Source: an uncultured Clostridia bacterium
Lineage (GTDB): Bacteria > Bacillota > Clostridia > Christensenellales > Borkfalkiaceae
Length of the DNA stretch: 64,000 bases
Direction: 5' to 3'
Assembly (NCBI GenBank): GCA_934248055.1
Contig: CAKQKI010000008.1
Coordinates: 1,835-65,834 of the forward strand
The translations under genes and the position numbers were made by a program. Below, in pieces: positions 10,441-22,176 of the stretch. A model generated the notes under the pieces. The model made no database searches. It worked only from the letters and a program-made list of their open reading frames with translations, and was not told the DNA's origin. How positions within the stretch are numbered: the first letter of the stretch is position 1; every line of letters begins with the position of its first letter.

Positions 10441-10475
10441 ACGCCGCGGCGATAATTTTCGCCGCGGCGTCTTTT
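10441..10475. terminator. Bidirectional rho-independent terminator between convergent genes
   Basis: Perfect stem ACGCCGCGGCGA / TCGCCGCGGCGT with a 6-nt loop (TAATTT), followed by CTTTT. It lies between asnA (+) and the lipoprotein gene (-). Confidence 0.6.
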
Positions 10476-11139
10476 AATCATGTTTTGCAAGAATTTCACC
10501 GCTTAAACCGTCCGCAAGGTACGCCACGGTGCCGTTCGCGTTTACGAATCCCACGTAGTAATAATTTCTGCCGTCGCCGCCAAGAAGTCTGATTCTTATT
10601 TCCGTTTTAACCGACTTTTTGCAAAATAAATCGCTTACCGTTTTTTTATCGTATTCCGACACTTTTTCAAGTACGGCGCGGTAGTCGCAAGTATCTGAAA
10701 ACCTTTGACTTTTTACGGTAAAAACTTTATTGTCGCCACTCGATTTAATCTGAATTTCGATAGATTCCGCTTCGGGAAATTTATCCACTTCGAACGACGA
10801 AGAATACTTTCCCGACACGGGATCGTAATCGAGCGCGCCGTTTATTACTTCTTTTCCGTAACTTAAAAAAACTTCCGCGCCGCTCATGCTCTCGCCGCTT
10901 TTTTCCGCTTTCACGGTGATAAAATTTTTAAGCGTTCCCACAAAGCCGTCGGCCACGTATGGATTTTCTCTCCGTTCGGGAATAACTGTGATTTTATATC
11001 CGTTTTCATCGCACTCGTAATAGTCAAGGCGAAGTTCGGAAAGATAAATCTCGAGATTTACGTTTTTTTTGCACGCGATAGAAAATATCGTAAGAAACAC
11101 TATTAAAACGGCGCAAAATGCTTTTAACATATTTTTCAT
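10474..11139 (-). CDS. Hypothetical lipoprotein
   Basis: I prefer the internal start at 11139 (MKNMLKAFCAVLIVFLTIFSIAC, signal peptide plus lipobox). The longer ORF would overlap the divergent gene at 11234. Confidence 0.55.
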   Translation of the reverse strand: MKNMLKAFCAVLIVFLTIFSIACKKNVNLEIYLSELRLDYYECDENGYKITVIPERRENPYVADGFVGTLKNFITVKAEKSGESMSGAEVFLSYGKEVINGALDYDPVSGKYSSSFEVDKFPEAESIEIQIKSSGDNKVFTVKSQRFSDTCDYRAVLEKVSEYDKKTVSDLFCKKSVKTEIRIRLLGGDGRNYYYVGFVNANGTVAYLADGLSGEILAKHD

Positions 11140-11233
11140 AAAACAACTCTCCCGAAAAAAATATATGATATAGTCGGGCGAATTATAATTTATACTTGCT
11201 TTTTCCGCGCGATTTTGGTATATTATTATAAAT

Positions 11234-13284
<2,051 letters not shown>

Positions 13285-13300
13285 ACAAGGAATTAACGAC

Positions 13301-14836
13301 ATGGAGCAACATCAGAAAGTACTCGTATTCGATTACGGCAGTCAATATAACCAACTTCTTGCAAGACGCGTCCGCGAACACAACGTTTTAAGCGAACTTA
13401 TCTCCTGCAAAACCACGGCGGAAGAAGTAAAAAAAATCAACCCCGCGGGAATAATTTTAAGCGGAAGCCCCCACAGCGTTTACGATAAGGACGCGCCGTC
13501 CATCGATAAAGATATATTCGATCTCGGCATACCCGTACTCGGCGTATGCTACGGAGCGCAACTGATAACCAAAACGTTCGGCGGCAAAGTCGAACCCGCC
13601 GAAACCGCCGAATACGGTAAGACGGTCACTTGCTTTTTAAACAGCCCTTTGTTTAAAGGCACTCCCGAAAAGAGCGTTACCTGGATGAGTCACGGCGATC
13701 GGGTAAAGGAACTCCCCGCGGGTTTTAAATGCGTGGCAAAAACCGACACCTGCCCTTACGCCGCTTTCGAAAACGAAGAGAAAAAGATTTACGCCGTTCA
13801 GTATCACCCCGAAGTAAAACATTCGGAATACGGTTTTGACATACTCGGAAATTTCCTTTTCGGAATATGCAAAGCAAAGGGCGACTGGACAATGTCGGAC
13901 TTCGCCGAAGAACAGATATTGAAAATCCGTGAAAAAACTGCGGGCGGCAAAGTGCTTCTCGCTCTCAGCGGCGGCGTTGACAGCGCGGTTGCGGCGGCTC
14001 TTCTTCATAAAGCCGTGGGCGACAGGCTTACCTGTATTTTCGTGGATCACGGTCTTTTGAGAAAAGACGAAGCCGCGGAAGTAGTGCGCGTATTTAAAAC
14101 CGAAAGGGGTATGAATCTTATAAAGGTCGACGCGTCGGAAGAGTTTTTAACCGCTTTAAAAGGACTTACCGAACCCGAAGACAAGAGAAAAGTTATCGGC
14201 GCGCAGTTTATAAAAGTTTTTGAAAAAGAAGCGAAAAAAATAGGCGCGGTGGACTTTCTCGTTCAGGGAACGATTTATCCCGACGTTATAGAAAGCGGAA
14301 AAGGTTGCGGAGCGAAAATCAAATCGCACCATAACGTAGGCGGACTTCCGTCGGTAGTCGATTTCAAAGAAATAATCGAGCCGCTCAGAGATCTGTTTAA
14401 AGACGAAGTGAGAAAACTCGGCTTCGAACTCGGTCTTCCGGAGCATATCGTTATGCGTCAGCCCTTCCCGGGACCCGGGCTTGCAATAAGAATAATCGGA
14501 GAAGTTACGCGGGAAAAAATAGCGATACTTCAGGAAGCCGACTATATCTATCGCGACGAAATCGCAAAACACGGTTTAAGCGGAGAAATATGGCAGTATT
14601 TCGCCGTTCTTACTAACACAAGAACTGTAGGCGTTATGGGCGACAGCAGAACCTATCGCTACGTTTTAGGTCTTCGCGGAGTTACGAGCGTTGACGGTAT
14701 GACGGCAGACTGGGCAAGAATCCCCTTTGACGTATTAGCGGAAATTTCTTCAAAAATAGTAAACGAAGTAAAAGAAGTAAGCCGCGTGGTTTACGATATT
14801 ACTTCAAAGCCGCCGGCAACCATAGAATGGGAATAA
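13301..14836 (+). CDS. guaA: GMP synthase (glutamine-hydrolysing)
   Basis: 511 aa. GATase segment (GVCYGAQL), PP-loop SGGVDS, and the C-terminal PPATIEWE. Confidence 0.97.
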   Translation: MEQHQKVLVFDYGSQYNQLLARRVREHNVLSELISCKTTAEEVKKINPAGIILSGSPHSVYDKDAPSIDKDIFDLGIPVLGVCYGAQLITKTFGGKVEPAETAEYGKTVTCFLNSPLFKGTPEKSVTWMSHGDRVKELPAGFKCVAKTDTCPYAAFENEEKKIYAVQYHPEVKHSEYGFDILGNFLFGICKAKGDWTMSDFAEEQILKIREKTAGGKVLLALSGGVDSAVAAALLHKAVGDRLTCIFVDHGLLRKDEAAEVVRVFKTERGMNLIKVDASEEFLTALKGLTEPEDKRKVIGAQFIKVFEKEAKKIGAVDFLVQGTIYPDVIESGKGCGAKIKSHHNVGGLPSVVDFKEIIEPLRDLFKDEVRKLGFELGLPEHIVMRQPFPGPGLAIRIIGEVTREKIAILQEADYIYRDEIAKHGLSGEIWQYFAVLTNTRTVGVMGDSRTYRYVLGLRGVTSVDGMTADWARIPFDVLAEISSKIVNEVKEVSRVVYDITSKPPATIEWE

Positions 14837-14867
14837 TCCGCGACGCATATTACTTTCGGAGTAAAAC

Positions 14868-15839
14868 ATGGAATTATCAGACGTTAAATGCCCCTTTTGC
14901 GGTAAAGAATATAAAATAGACAATTCTTTAACCGAAATCGAATGCGAAAACTGCAAAAAGGTATTTACAAAAGAAAAAGGCTCGAAATATTTCAAGAGCG
15001 TTTTGAGAATAAAAAAAGAAGAAAGAAAGATTGCCGAAGGCGCAAAATACGCGGAAGCGGACAGGCTTTTGGACAAGGCGAACTTTTATATCGCAAACGA
15101 AGATTTTGAAAGCGCGCTTAACGCTTTGAATTCCGCGCTCGAACTCACGACGGTAGACCCGAGAGTCTATTTTGCCATCGCCGCGGCGAAAACCAAAAAT
15201 TTTACAGATCTCGACGATACTTCTCACGTCGTATACTTAAAGCGCGCAATAGAACTTGCGGGCGAATCCCAGAAAGAAGAAATAAAGCGGACGTATTCGG
15301 CGTACTATAAAAAACGCAGTATTCCGCAAGAAGAGCGCGAAGAGTACGAAAAACAGGAAGCCGACGCAAAAACGAAACGCGTGGAAAGTCTTTTAAAAGA
15401 AGGCATTCCCCTTCATTTTTCCCGCGAAAAGTCCGTTAAAACGCTGAAAATTATTTTGCCCGTCATCTCGGCTTTGGCAGTAGGCGGAATGATTGCCGCG
15501 TTCATAACCGAGAACGCGGTAGCAACGATTGTTTCGTCGCTTATCATGATTGCCGCGGCGGGCGTTGCGTTTGCGTTTATGTCGAACAACTCCAAAGTAA
15601 AACTGTTCAACTCCGTTCTCGATTTTTACGACTCTCTTAACTATTTCGATTTTACTTCCGCGCAGCGTTCTGACGTGATGAAACAATTAGAAGAAATAGC
15701 CGTAAGTTACGTTAACAAGGAAACCGACACTACTTTGCGGAATAAAATAAGAAACCTTGTAGAAATCGCTTTGAAAACGGGAAACGAAAAGGTTGCGGAG
15801 TATATTGAAAACGATAAAAAATTAAGCCGTGAAATTTAA
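14868..15839 (+). CDS. Hypothetical zinc-ribbon / helical-repeat protein with two TM helices
   Basis: 323 aa. N-terminal CPFCG...CENC ribbon, then a TPR-like segment, then two adjacent TM helices. Confidence 0.5.
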   Translation: MELSDVKCPFCGKEYKIDNSLTEIECENCKKVFTKEKGSKYFKSVLRIKKEERKIAEGAKYAEADRLLDKANFYIANEDFESALNALNSALELTTVDPRVYFAIAAAKTKNFTDLDDTSHVVYLKRAIELAGESQKEEIKRTYSAYYKKRSIPQEEREEYEKQEADAKTKRVESLLKEGIPLHFSREKSVKTLKIILPVISALAVGGMIAAFITENAVATIVSSLIMIAAAGVAFAFMSNNSKVKLFNSVLDFYDSLNYFDFTSAQRSDVMKQLEEIAVSYVNKETDTTLRNKIRNLVEIALKTGNEKVAEYIENDKKLSREI

Positions 15840-15846
15840 AATCAGA

Positions 15847-15890
15847 GCCGCCGTGGTTGCAAGCGCAACTACGGCGGATTTTTTATTTTT
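15847..15890 (+). terminator. Rho-independent terminator
   Basis: Stem GCCGCCGTGGTTGC / GCAACTACGGCGG followed by ATTTTTTATTTTTT. Confidence 0.6.
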
Positions 15891-15894
15891 TATG

Positions 15895-17385
15895 CTAGCC
15901 AAGAATAATCGAAATTATTTCTTCGGGAGAGAGAAGATACTCGTCTTCTCCGTCGATAAACACGAAATACGGAACGGACTTAAATTCTCCGCTCAAAAGA
16001 GAAACGAGTTCGTCTTTGCCGACGTCGGAATCGCTTTCGTCGGAATAAAAAATCTGGTAACCGATTGCGCTTTTTATTATTTTTACCGCCGTTTTATAAT
16101 CGCAGTATAAAAATTCGGTCATAAACTCTTTGCCGTCGTAATAAACGCGCGCTTTTACCGTAACTTTTTGAATTATACCGCTAAGACTGTTATCGGTAAA
16201 ATCATACTCGCATTCTGTTCTTGCTCCGATAAGCGGGCAGATTCCGAAATTCGTTACCGCGATAAAAGGCACTTTACAAACGTCAAACCCGTCGCATCTC
16301 ATATACGCGTAATATTCGGGGACTACTTTTATTATTTCTTCACCCTTTAAAACCGACGCTTTTTCGTGTCCGCAATCGACGCATTTTTCAATCGTTTCGA
16401 GAGAGTTGGCGGGATCTTTGAATTTCTTTTCGTATCTGTGCGCTCCGCTTGAAATAATTGCGCCGCAACCGTCTGCCATGCAACGGATTTCGTGAGTATC
16501 GTCGTCTTTAAAAACGCATTCTCCCCTTACGTGTTCGCCGTATCCGCCGTAAACGCTTTCGAGTTTTTCACCGCTTTCGGAATAATAACCGCCGCATTTT
16601 ATACAAATTTTATGCGGTATTATCGCCCTGTGCAGGCAATCTCCGCTTCTTCCTTCGCATAGTTTTCCGAAATCGTGTTGCGGAGTTATGAAAATATCGG
16701 ATATTTCACGAAAATTTTCGTCAAAATATCCGCCGCAATTCCTGCATTCGAAACGACCTTTTTCACCCGTGGTTCCGCTTCCGCAATCCGATGAAAAACC
16801 TTCTTTCCATTCGGTAAAATCGTGCCGCGCGGGAATAACCACACTATCGAGTTCAACTCCGTTTTTATCAAAGTATTTTTCGCATACCGAACAAAAATAG
16901 TGACCTTTAACGCCGTTTTCTCCGCTTTTGCAATTCATCGGGCGATACTCCGTCCACTTTTCGAAATCGTGCTTATAAGGTATTTCGGTGCTTGTCAGAA
17001 CCACTCCGTCTTCATCAAAATTTTTGCCGCATTTTTTGCAATGATAATGTCCTTCCGTGCCGTTTTTCTCAGCCTTGCAATCCGCGTCTTCGTGCGGCGT
17101 GAATTCGCAAAACTCATGCCCCGTTGACGCTATGCTTATAAACTCCCGCTCCCCGCAAATAATGCACGAGCGCGATTTTACTCCGCTTTCCGTACAAGTT
17201 GCCCGCTTTACGATTTCCCAGCCTGTAAAATCGTGCGGACATTCCGAAGATATTTCTCCGCCGTTATCCGAAAGTGCGCCGCCGCCTTTTTCATTATGCG
17301 AACAGCCCGACAAAAACAGAAAAATACCGTTCGTTAAGACTATTAAAGCGGCTATTGCAAAAATTTTTATCTTTAAGTGCTTCAT
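15895..17385 (-). CDS. Cys-rich tandem-repeat lipoprotein (hypothetical)
   Basis: 496 aa with lipobox LFLSGC. It carries five to six HDF/HEF...C...G..G...C..CG..FD modules, the central ones spaced exactly 49 aa apart. Confidence 0.6.
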   Translation of the reverse strand: MKHLKIKIFAIAALIVLTNGIFLFLSGCSHNEKGGGALSDNGGEISSECPHDFTGWEIVKRATCTESGVKSRSCIICGEREFISIASTGHEFCEFTPHEDADCKAEKNGTEGHYHCKKCGKNFDEDGVVLTSTEIPYKHDFEKWTEYRPMNCKSGENGVKGHYFCSVCEKYFDKNGVELDSVVIPARHDFTEWKEGFSSDCGSGTTGEKGRFECRNCGGYFDENFREISDIFITPQHDFGKLCEGRSGDCLHRAIIPHKICIKCGGYYSESGEKLESVYGGYGEHVRGECVFKDDDTHEIRCMADGCGAIISSGAHRYEKKFKDPANSLETIEKCVDCGHEKASVLKGEEIIKVVPEYYAYMRCDGFDVCKVPFIAVTNFGICPLIGARTECEYDFTDNSLSGIIQKVTVKARVYYDGKEFMTEFLYCDYKTAVKIIKSAIGYQIFYSDESDSDVGKDELVSLLSGEFKSVPYFVFIDGEDEYLLSPEEIISIILG

Positions 17386-17439
17386 AATATAAACGTTTTT
17401 TATATTTTATCATTTTTATTATAAAATTTCAACGTTTTT

Positions 17440-18327
17440 TTAAATTATTCCGCCTTTTTGCGTTTTTCTGTATTTCAAAGGCGTTACGCCTACGGATTTT
17501 TTAAATGTTTTGGAAAAATAATTCGGCGTGTCGAAATTCAGTTTTTCGGAAATCTCGGATACGCTCATAGACGTGCAGGTTAAAAGTTCTTTTGCTTTTT
17601 CCGTTTTTAAATCGCGATAATATGCCATAACGCTTTTATTGAAAGCAAGCCTGAATTCCTTGAAAACATACGACTTGCTGTAATTCAGTTCCCTGCAAAC
17701 GTCGTCTATCGAAACGCTTTCGTAAAGATTTTTTAAAAGATACTCTTTAATGCTTGCGGCTATTTTCCCTTCGTAATCGCGATCGTTTAAAAACACGGGG
17801 TTTTCTCCGTCTTTTTCGGTTTCGTCACGCATGAGAGTTATAAAAAGACATTCGAGATTGTTTTTTATAAGTTGCATTCCGCCGAGCGTAGGCATAGACA
17901 AAAGTTCGAGTTTTTTGCTTTCCGGCGCAGACGTTTTCACGTCGAAAGTTTTTCTCGCTTCCATAGCGACGCTGTAAAAATATTTTTGAAATTCGCTCCG
18001 CACGAAAATTTTTTTGTTTTCGAAAAAACGCATTGCCGGCGATTTGCATTCGAACGATATGATTATAACTTCCGACGAAGTTTTCCCGTTTGCTTTAAAA
18101 GCATGCTTTTCGCAAGGCTTATGAAAAAGCGCTTCGCCTTCTTTCACGAGTATATCAGATCCTTCCGTAGGAACGAACACGTAATTTTTCCCGACGTATA
18201 ATATCTCCCAGAAATCGTGACTTTCTTCGGGAAAAACAAATTCTTTTGAAAAAGAAAACTCGTGAACCGCAATTATTTTGTTTATCGTTATAAGATTTTC
18301 GATTTTGTGCCTGAAATACTTTTTCAT
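17440..18327 (-). CDS. AraC/XylS family transcriptional regulator
   Basis: 295 aa. N-terminal cupin-like domain and a C-terminal double HTH (...SVSEISEKLNFDTPNYFSKTFKK...). It is divergent from the deacetylase operon. Confidence 0.85.
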   Translation of the reverse strand: MKKYFRHKIENLITINKIIAVHEFSFSKEFVFPEESHDFWEILYVGKNYVFVPTEGSDILVKEGEALFHKPCEKHAFKANGKTSSEVIIISFECKSPAMRFFENKKIFVRSEFQKYFYSVAMEARKTFDVKTSAPESKKLELLSMPTLGGMQLIKNNLECLFITLMRDETEKDGENPVFLNDRDYEGKIAASIKEYLLKNLYESVSIDDVCRELNYSKSYVFKEFRLAFNKSVMAYYRDLKTEKAKELLTCTSMSVSEISEKLNFDTPNYFSKTFKKSVGVTPLKYRKTQKGGII

Positions 18328-18480
18328 ATTAAAATTATAACCCTTGTTTTTGCACTTTGCAAGCGTTTTATAAAATTTTGTGGAGTATTTTACTCTTTTT
18401 AAGTAGTTTAAACCATTGTAAACGCGTCTTTATCGGTATAAAATATTATTAAATCGAAATAAAATCGGCAAGCGGAAAGA

Positions 18481-18506
18481 GTTACCGAAAAATTTTTTAC
18501 GGTAAC
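18481..18506 (+). promoter_or_regulatory. Stem-loop immediately 5' of the deacetylase RBS
   Basis: GTTACCG-AAAAATTTTTTA-CGGTAAC, a 7-bp stem ending 8 nt before the AAGGAG at 18515. Confidence 0.25.
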
Positions 18507-18528
18507 GGCTTGTCAAGGAGAAGCAACA

Positions 18529-19233
18529 ATGAGAATTCTGGCTGTGGGGGCGCATCCCGACGATATAGAAATCGCCTGTTCGGGAACGCTTGCAAAATGC
18601 GTAAAGCGGGGCGACAAAGTTATAGTCTGCCACGCTTCGAGCGGAAATCTCGGGCACGTGGAAATTCCGCCCGAAAAGTTAATTCCCATGCGGGCGGCAG
18701 AAGCGAAAAAAGCGGGCGGACTTGCGGGAATAGAAGTTATATGGGGCGGTTTTAACGATCTCGATATTTTTACAGAAACGAAAGAAGCGCGGGATAAATT
18801 AGTCGAAATTATTCAATACGCCGATCCCGATCTTATCATAACTCACGACCCTTGCGACTATATGCCCGATCATACTGCGGTTTCAAAACTCGTTTTCGAC
18901 GCGAGTTTTACGGCTACCCTTCCTAATTACAAAACAAAAACGGGAAAGGCGGCTAAACTCGTTCCCGTTTATTATATGGACACTCTTGCGGGCGTAAACT
19001 TTAACCCCACCGTTTACGTAAACATAACGAATGAAATCGATCTTAAACTGAAAATGCTTAACTGTCACGAAAGTCAGATCGTGTGGATGCGCGAACACGA
19101 CGGAATAGATTTTACCGATATGGTAAAAACCTGCTCCAAATACCGCGGTTATCAATGCGGCGCGGAATACGCGGAAGGGTTTAAACAATGTCAGGCGTAT
19201 CTGAAAGGAACTACCGAAAGGTTGCTTCCCTGA
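18529..19233 (+). CDS. PIG-L/LmbE family N-acetyl-sugar deacetylase
   Basis: 234 aa with the signature AHPDDIE near the N-terminus and a downstream HxxH-type region. Confidence 0.8.
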   Translation: MRILAVGAHPDDIEIACSGTLAKCVKRGDKVIVCHASSGNLGHVEIPPEKLIPMRAAEAKKAGGLAGIEVIWGGFNDLDIFTETKEARDKLVEIIQYADPDLIITHDPCDYMPDHTAVSKLVFDASFTATLPNYKTKTGKAAKLVPVYYMDTLAGVNFNPTVYVNITNEIDLKLKMLNCHESQIVWMREHDGIDFTDMVKTCSKYRGYQCGAEYAEGFKQCQAYLKGTTERLLP

Positions 19234-19257
19234 AAATAAAAAAGCAAGGAGAATATT

Positions 19258-20202
19258 ATGGATTTTAATTCAACGGTAAAAGGCAGTTTACTTGAAAACT
19301 TCTATCCCGAAGGCTGGGATTTTAAAAAAATAGACGAATGCTGTTCGCACGCGCCCGACGAAGTTTTCGAACGTCAGGAATTCTGGGACAAAAACTTTTC
19401 GCCCGTAAGTTGCGAAAGCGTTGCCGAATTCAACGTTAAAATGGGACACGAAATAGCAAACGAAATAAAAAAAGCCAAAGAAAGGCAGGAAAAAATCGCG
19501 TTTATTCTTCCCGTAGGACCTATGGGAATGTATAAATGGGCGGTTTACTTCCTTAAAGAATGGAACGTAGACTGCAAGCACGTGTGGTGCTTTAATATGG
19601 ACGAATGGGCAAACGGCGACGGCAACACGATAACGGGCGAAGCGTCGTTCCGAAGCGCAATGGAAAACGCGTTTTATAACCCGCTCGGAAATCTCACCGT
19701 ACCCGAAGACCACAGAAATTTCGCGACGAAAAACAACCTTGCGTCTTATCCCGAAAAAATCGCCGCGCTTAAAAAAGACGGCGCAAAACTCGTACTCGTT
19801 TACGGTATAGGAAGAATGTGCCATATCGCCTTTTTCGAGCCGCATTTCGGTTCGGAGTACGTCAGCGACGCGGAATGGCTGAAAGTCCCTTACAGAATCG
19901 GCGCAAAACTTCACCCGCTTACGATCGAGCAAAACGCCATTACTTCTTTCCGTTCGAGAACGAGTCTCGTTCCGTGCAGAGCAAACACGATAGGACCCGC
20001 GATAATGTTTTCGGCAGACTACGCTATCGGCGGCGCCGACGGCGCGCTTTCGCGCGGAATGCAATGGCAGGGAATGAGTTTCTGGATGACTTTGAGATAT
20101 AAGCCTACGAGATTCGTTACTTCGTCGTATATCCCCACACTCCCCGGAAAACTTTTCTTTCTTAAAGAACTTGCAGGACCTTTATGCCCGGACGTCAACT
20201 GA
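19258..20202 (+). CDS. NagB/RpiA/SugarP-isomerase superfamily protein (glucosamine-6-P deaminase-like, divergent)
   Basis: 314 aa. ILPVGPMGMY, FNMDEW and GIGRMCHIAFFEP parallel the NagB motifs ILATGSTP, FNMDEY and GIGxxGHIAFNEP. Confidence 0.65.
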   Translation: MDFNSTVKGSLLENFYPEGWDFKKIDECCSHAPDEVFERQEFWDKNFSPVSCESVAEFNVKMGHEIANEIKKAKERQEKIAFILPVGPMGMYKWAVYFLKEWNVDCKHVWCFNMDEWANGDGNTITGEASFRSAMENAFYNPLGNLTVPEDHRNFATKNNLASYPEKIAALKKDGAKLVLVYGIGRMCHIAFFEPHFGSEYVSDAEWLKVPYRIGAKLHPLTIEQNAITSFRSRTSLVPCRANTIGPAIMFSADYAIGGADGALSRGMQWQGMSFWMTLRYKPTRFVTSSYIPTLPGKLFFLKELAGPLCPDVN

Positions 20203-21143
20203 GCGGTATCGCCGTGGCGGGAACGGTGCTTTCGGATAAATTAAACCGTATAAGAAAGTACCCGTCTGCGGGAGAACTGAGTAAAATTTACGCGGAAGAA
20301 AAGTCCGTGGGCGGTCTTGTTCCGAACGTTGCGATAGATTTAAAGCGGATAGATTTTTCTTTGAACGTTTACGCGATAGGAAGAACGGGAAACGACGACG
20401 ACGGCGCGTTCATACGCGAAAAACTTGAAAACGAAGGGGTTTTAACGGAATTTTTGAGCAAAAACGACGGGATTACGAGTCACACTTTCGTTATGAGCGA
20501 TGACGACGGAAAACGAACGTTTTTTACTTACGGCGGCGAAAACGACGAATTCGGTTACGCCGATATTCCCTTTGAGAATTTAAACGTGAAAATGCTGCAC
20601 TTGGGATATTTCGCGCTTTTGCCGAAAACCGACGGCGGCGACGGCGTTAAAATTCTGAAAGAAGCGAAAAGGCGCGGAATAAAAACGTCGATAGATCTCG
20701 TTTCGGACAGCGAAAAAGGCTATTCCGGCGTTAAAGACTGTTTGAAATACGTAGACAATCTCATTATAAACGAAACGGAAGCGGCGGGGCTTACGGGGCT
20801 TGACGAAAACGATTTTAAAGGACTGTGCTACGCGCTTAAAAATCTCGGCGTTTGTGAAAGAGTAATCGTTCACTCGGCAAAAAAGGCGGCTTTTCTCGGT
20901 AATAATTCATACTTCGAGCAAAATTCGCTCACTTTGCCGAAAGGATATTTAAAGGGTTCTACCGGCGCGGGAGACGCGTTCACGGCAGGCGCGATTTACG
21001 CCGTGTTCAAAAATTTCAAAAACGAAGACGTTCTCGATTTTGCCATACGCGCCGCAGCGGTAAGTCTATCCGAATTATCCGCTACCGACGGCATGAAAAG
21101 CGCGGACGAAATTTATCGCGCAACCGAAAAATTCAAGGGGTAA
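20184..21143 (+). CDS. PfkB-family carbohydrate kinase
   Basis: 319 aa. The C-terminal GAGDAF ATP/anion-hole motif is typical of the ribokinase/PfkB family. The 5' end overlaps the previous gene by 19 nt. Confidence 0.8.
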   Translation: MPGRQLSGIAVAGTVLSDKLNRIRKYPSAGELSKIYAEEKSVGGLVPNVAIDLKRIDFSLNVYAIGRTGNDDDGAFIREKLENEGVLTEFLSKNDGITSHTFVMSDDDGKRTFFTYGGENDEFGYADIPFENLNVKMLHLGYFALLPKTDGGDGVKILKEAKRRGIKTSIDLVSDSEKGYSGVKDCLKYVDNLIINETEAAGLTGLDENDFKGLCYALKNLGVCERVIVHSAKKAAFLGNNSYFEQNSLTLPKGYLKGSTGAGDAFTAGAIYAVFKNFKNEDVLDFAIRAAAVSLSELSATDGMKSADEIYRATEKFKG

Positions 21144-21145
21144 TT

Positions 21146-21982
21146 ATGCTTGTTAATTTAAACGAAGTGCTTAAAAAAGCGCAAAATGAAAAATACGCGG
21201 TAGGGCTTTTCAACACTACCGACACCGATATGCTCGAAGCGGTTATCGGCGCGGCGGAAGAGTTGAATTCCCCCGTTATAATCGGCACGGCGGAAGTTCT
21301 TTTGCCGTACGGCGAACTTAAACTTATCGCCCCCGCTCTCGTTTCGGCGGCTAAAAACGCAAAAGTACCGGTAGTTGTTCATTACGACCACGGTCTTACT
21401 TTCGACAGATGCATGGAAGCGCTGCGGCTCGGATTTTCGTCCGTTATGTTCGACGGCTCTACAACGCCTTACGCGGATAATATACGCGCCACACGCGAAA
21501 TAGTGAAAATTTCGCACGCTTTCGGTGCGACCGTAGAAGGTGAAATAGGCCACGTGGGCGAAGCCGCAAGCGAAGACAATCTTTTAACGGATATGTATAC
21601 AACTCCCGAAGAAGCGGTTAAATACGTCGACGATACGGGCGTTGACGCGCTTGCCGTTGCCATAGGCTCCGCACACGGAGTGTATAAGAAAAAACCTATG
21701 CTCAATATCGACAGGCTTAAAAAAATCCGCTCCGCGCTCGACACTCCGCTCGTTCTTCACGGCGGCAGCGGACTAAGTGACGACGATTTTAAAAACACCG
21801 TGCGAGAAGGAATAGCAAAGGTAAACATTTTTACGGATCTTTGCCTTGCGGGCGAAAAATCGATAAAAGAAAGCGTTCTTCTTAATAACGGCTATCTGAA
21901 AATGCGAAACGAAAAAGTTTCGGCAATGAAAGAAGCCGTTAAGATGAAAATAAAACTTTTCGGAAGCGAAAACAAAGCGTAG
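21146..21982 (+). CDS. Class II (metal-dependent) ketose-bisphosphate aldolase (FBA/tagatose-1,6-bisP aldolase family)
   Basis: 278 aa. HYDHG, GEIGHVG and LVLHGGSG motifs. Confidence 0.85.
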   Translation: MLVNLNEVLKKAQNEKYAVGLFNTTDTDMLEAVIGAAEELNSPVIIGTAEVLLPYGELKLIAPALVSAAKNAKVPVVVHYDHGLTFDRCMEALRLGFSSVMFDGSTTPYADNIRATREIVKISHAFGATVEGEIGHVGEAASEDNLLTDMYTTPEEAVKYVDDTGVDALAVAIGSAHGVYKKKPMLNIDRLKKIRSALDTPLVLHGGSGLSDDDFKNTVREGIAKVNIFTDLCLAGEKSIKESVLLNNGYLKMRNEKVSAMKEAVKMKIKLFGSENKA

Positions 21983-22020
21983 CGGGGTTTAAAAAACGGC
22001 TTAAAAAAGCAATCCCGCAA

Positions 22021-22053
22021 AAAGACTGTCGGATAAAAACGCAGTCTTTTTTT
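22021..22053 (+). terminator. Putative terminator of the aldolase operon
   Basis: AAAGACTG...CAGTCTTTTTTTAT, a short stem with a T-tract. Confidence 0.45.
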
Positions 22054-22082
22054 ATGTCCGGCAATAATTACCGATATTAAAA

Positions 22083-22105
22083 AAACCCTTTTTAAAAAGG
22101 GTTTT
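22083..22105. terminator. Palindromic hairpin, possible bidirectional terminator
   Basis: AAACCCTTTTTAAAAAGGGTTT is perfectly self-complementary. It sits between convergent genes. Confidence 0.45.
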
Positions 22106-22176
22106 AGCCGAGCCGTGCGATAAAAATCGCATAAGCCGATAAAAGGTTTATCGCCGCATAAAACGGTAAGTCGGCG

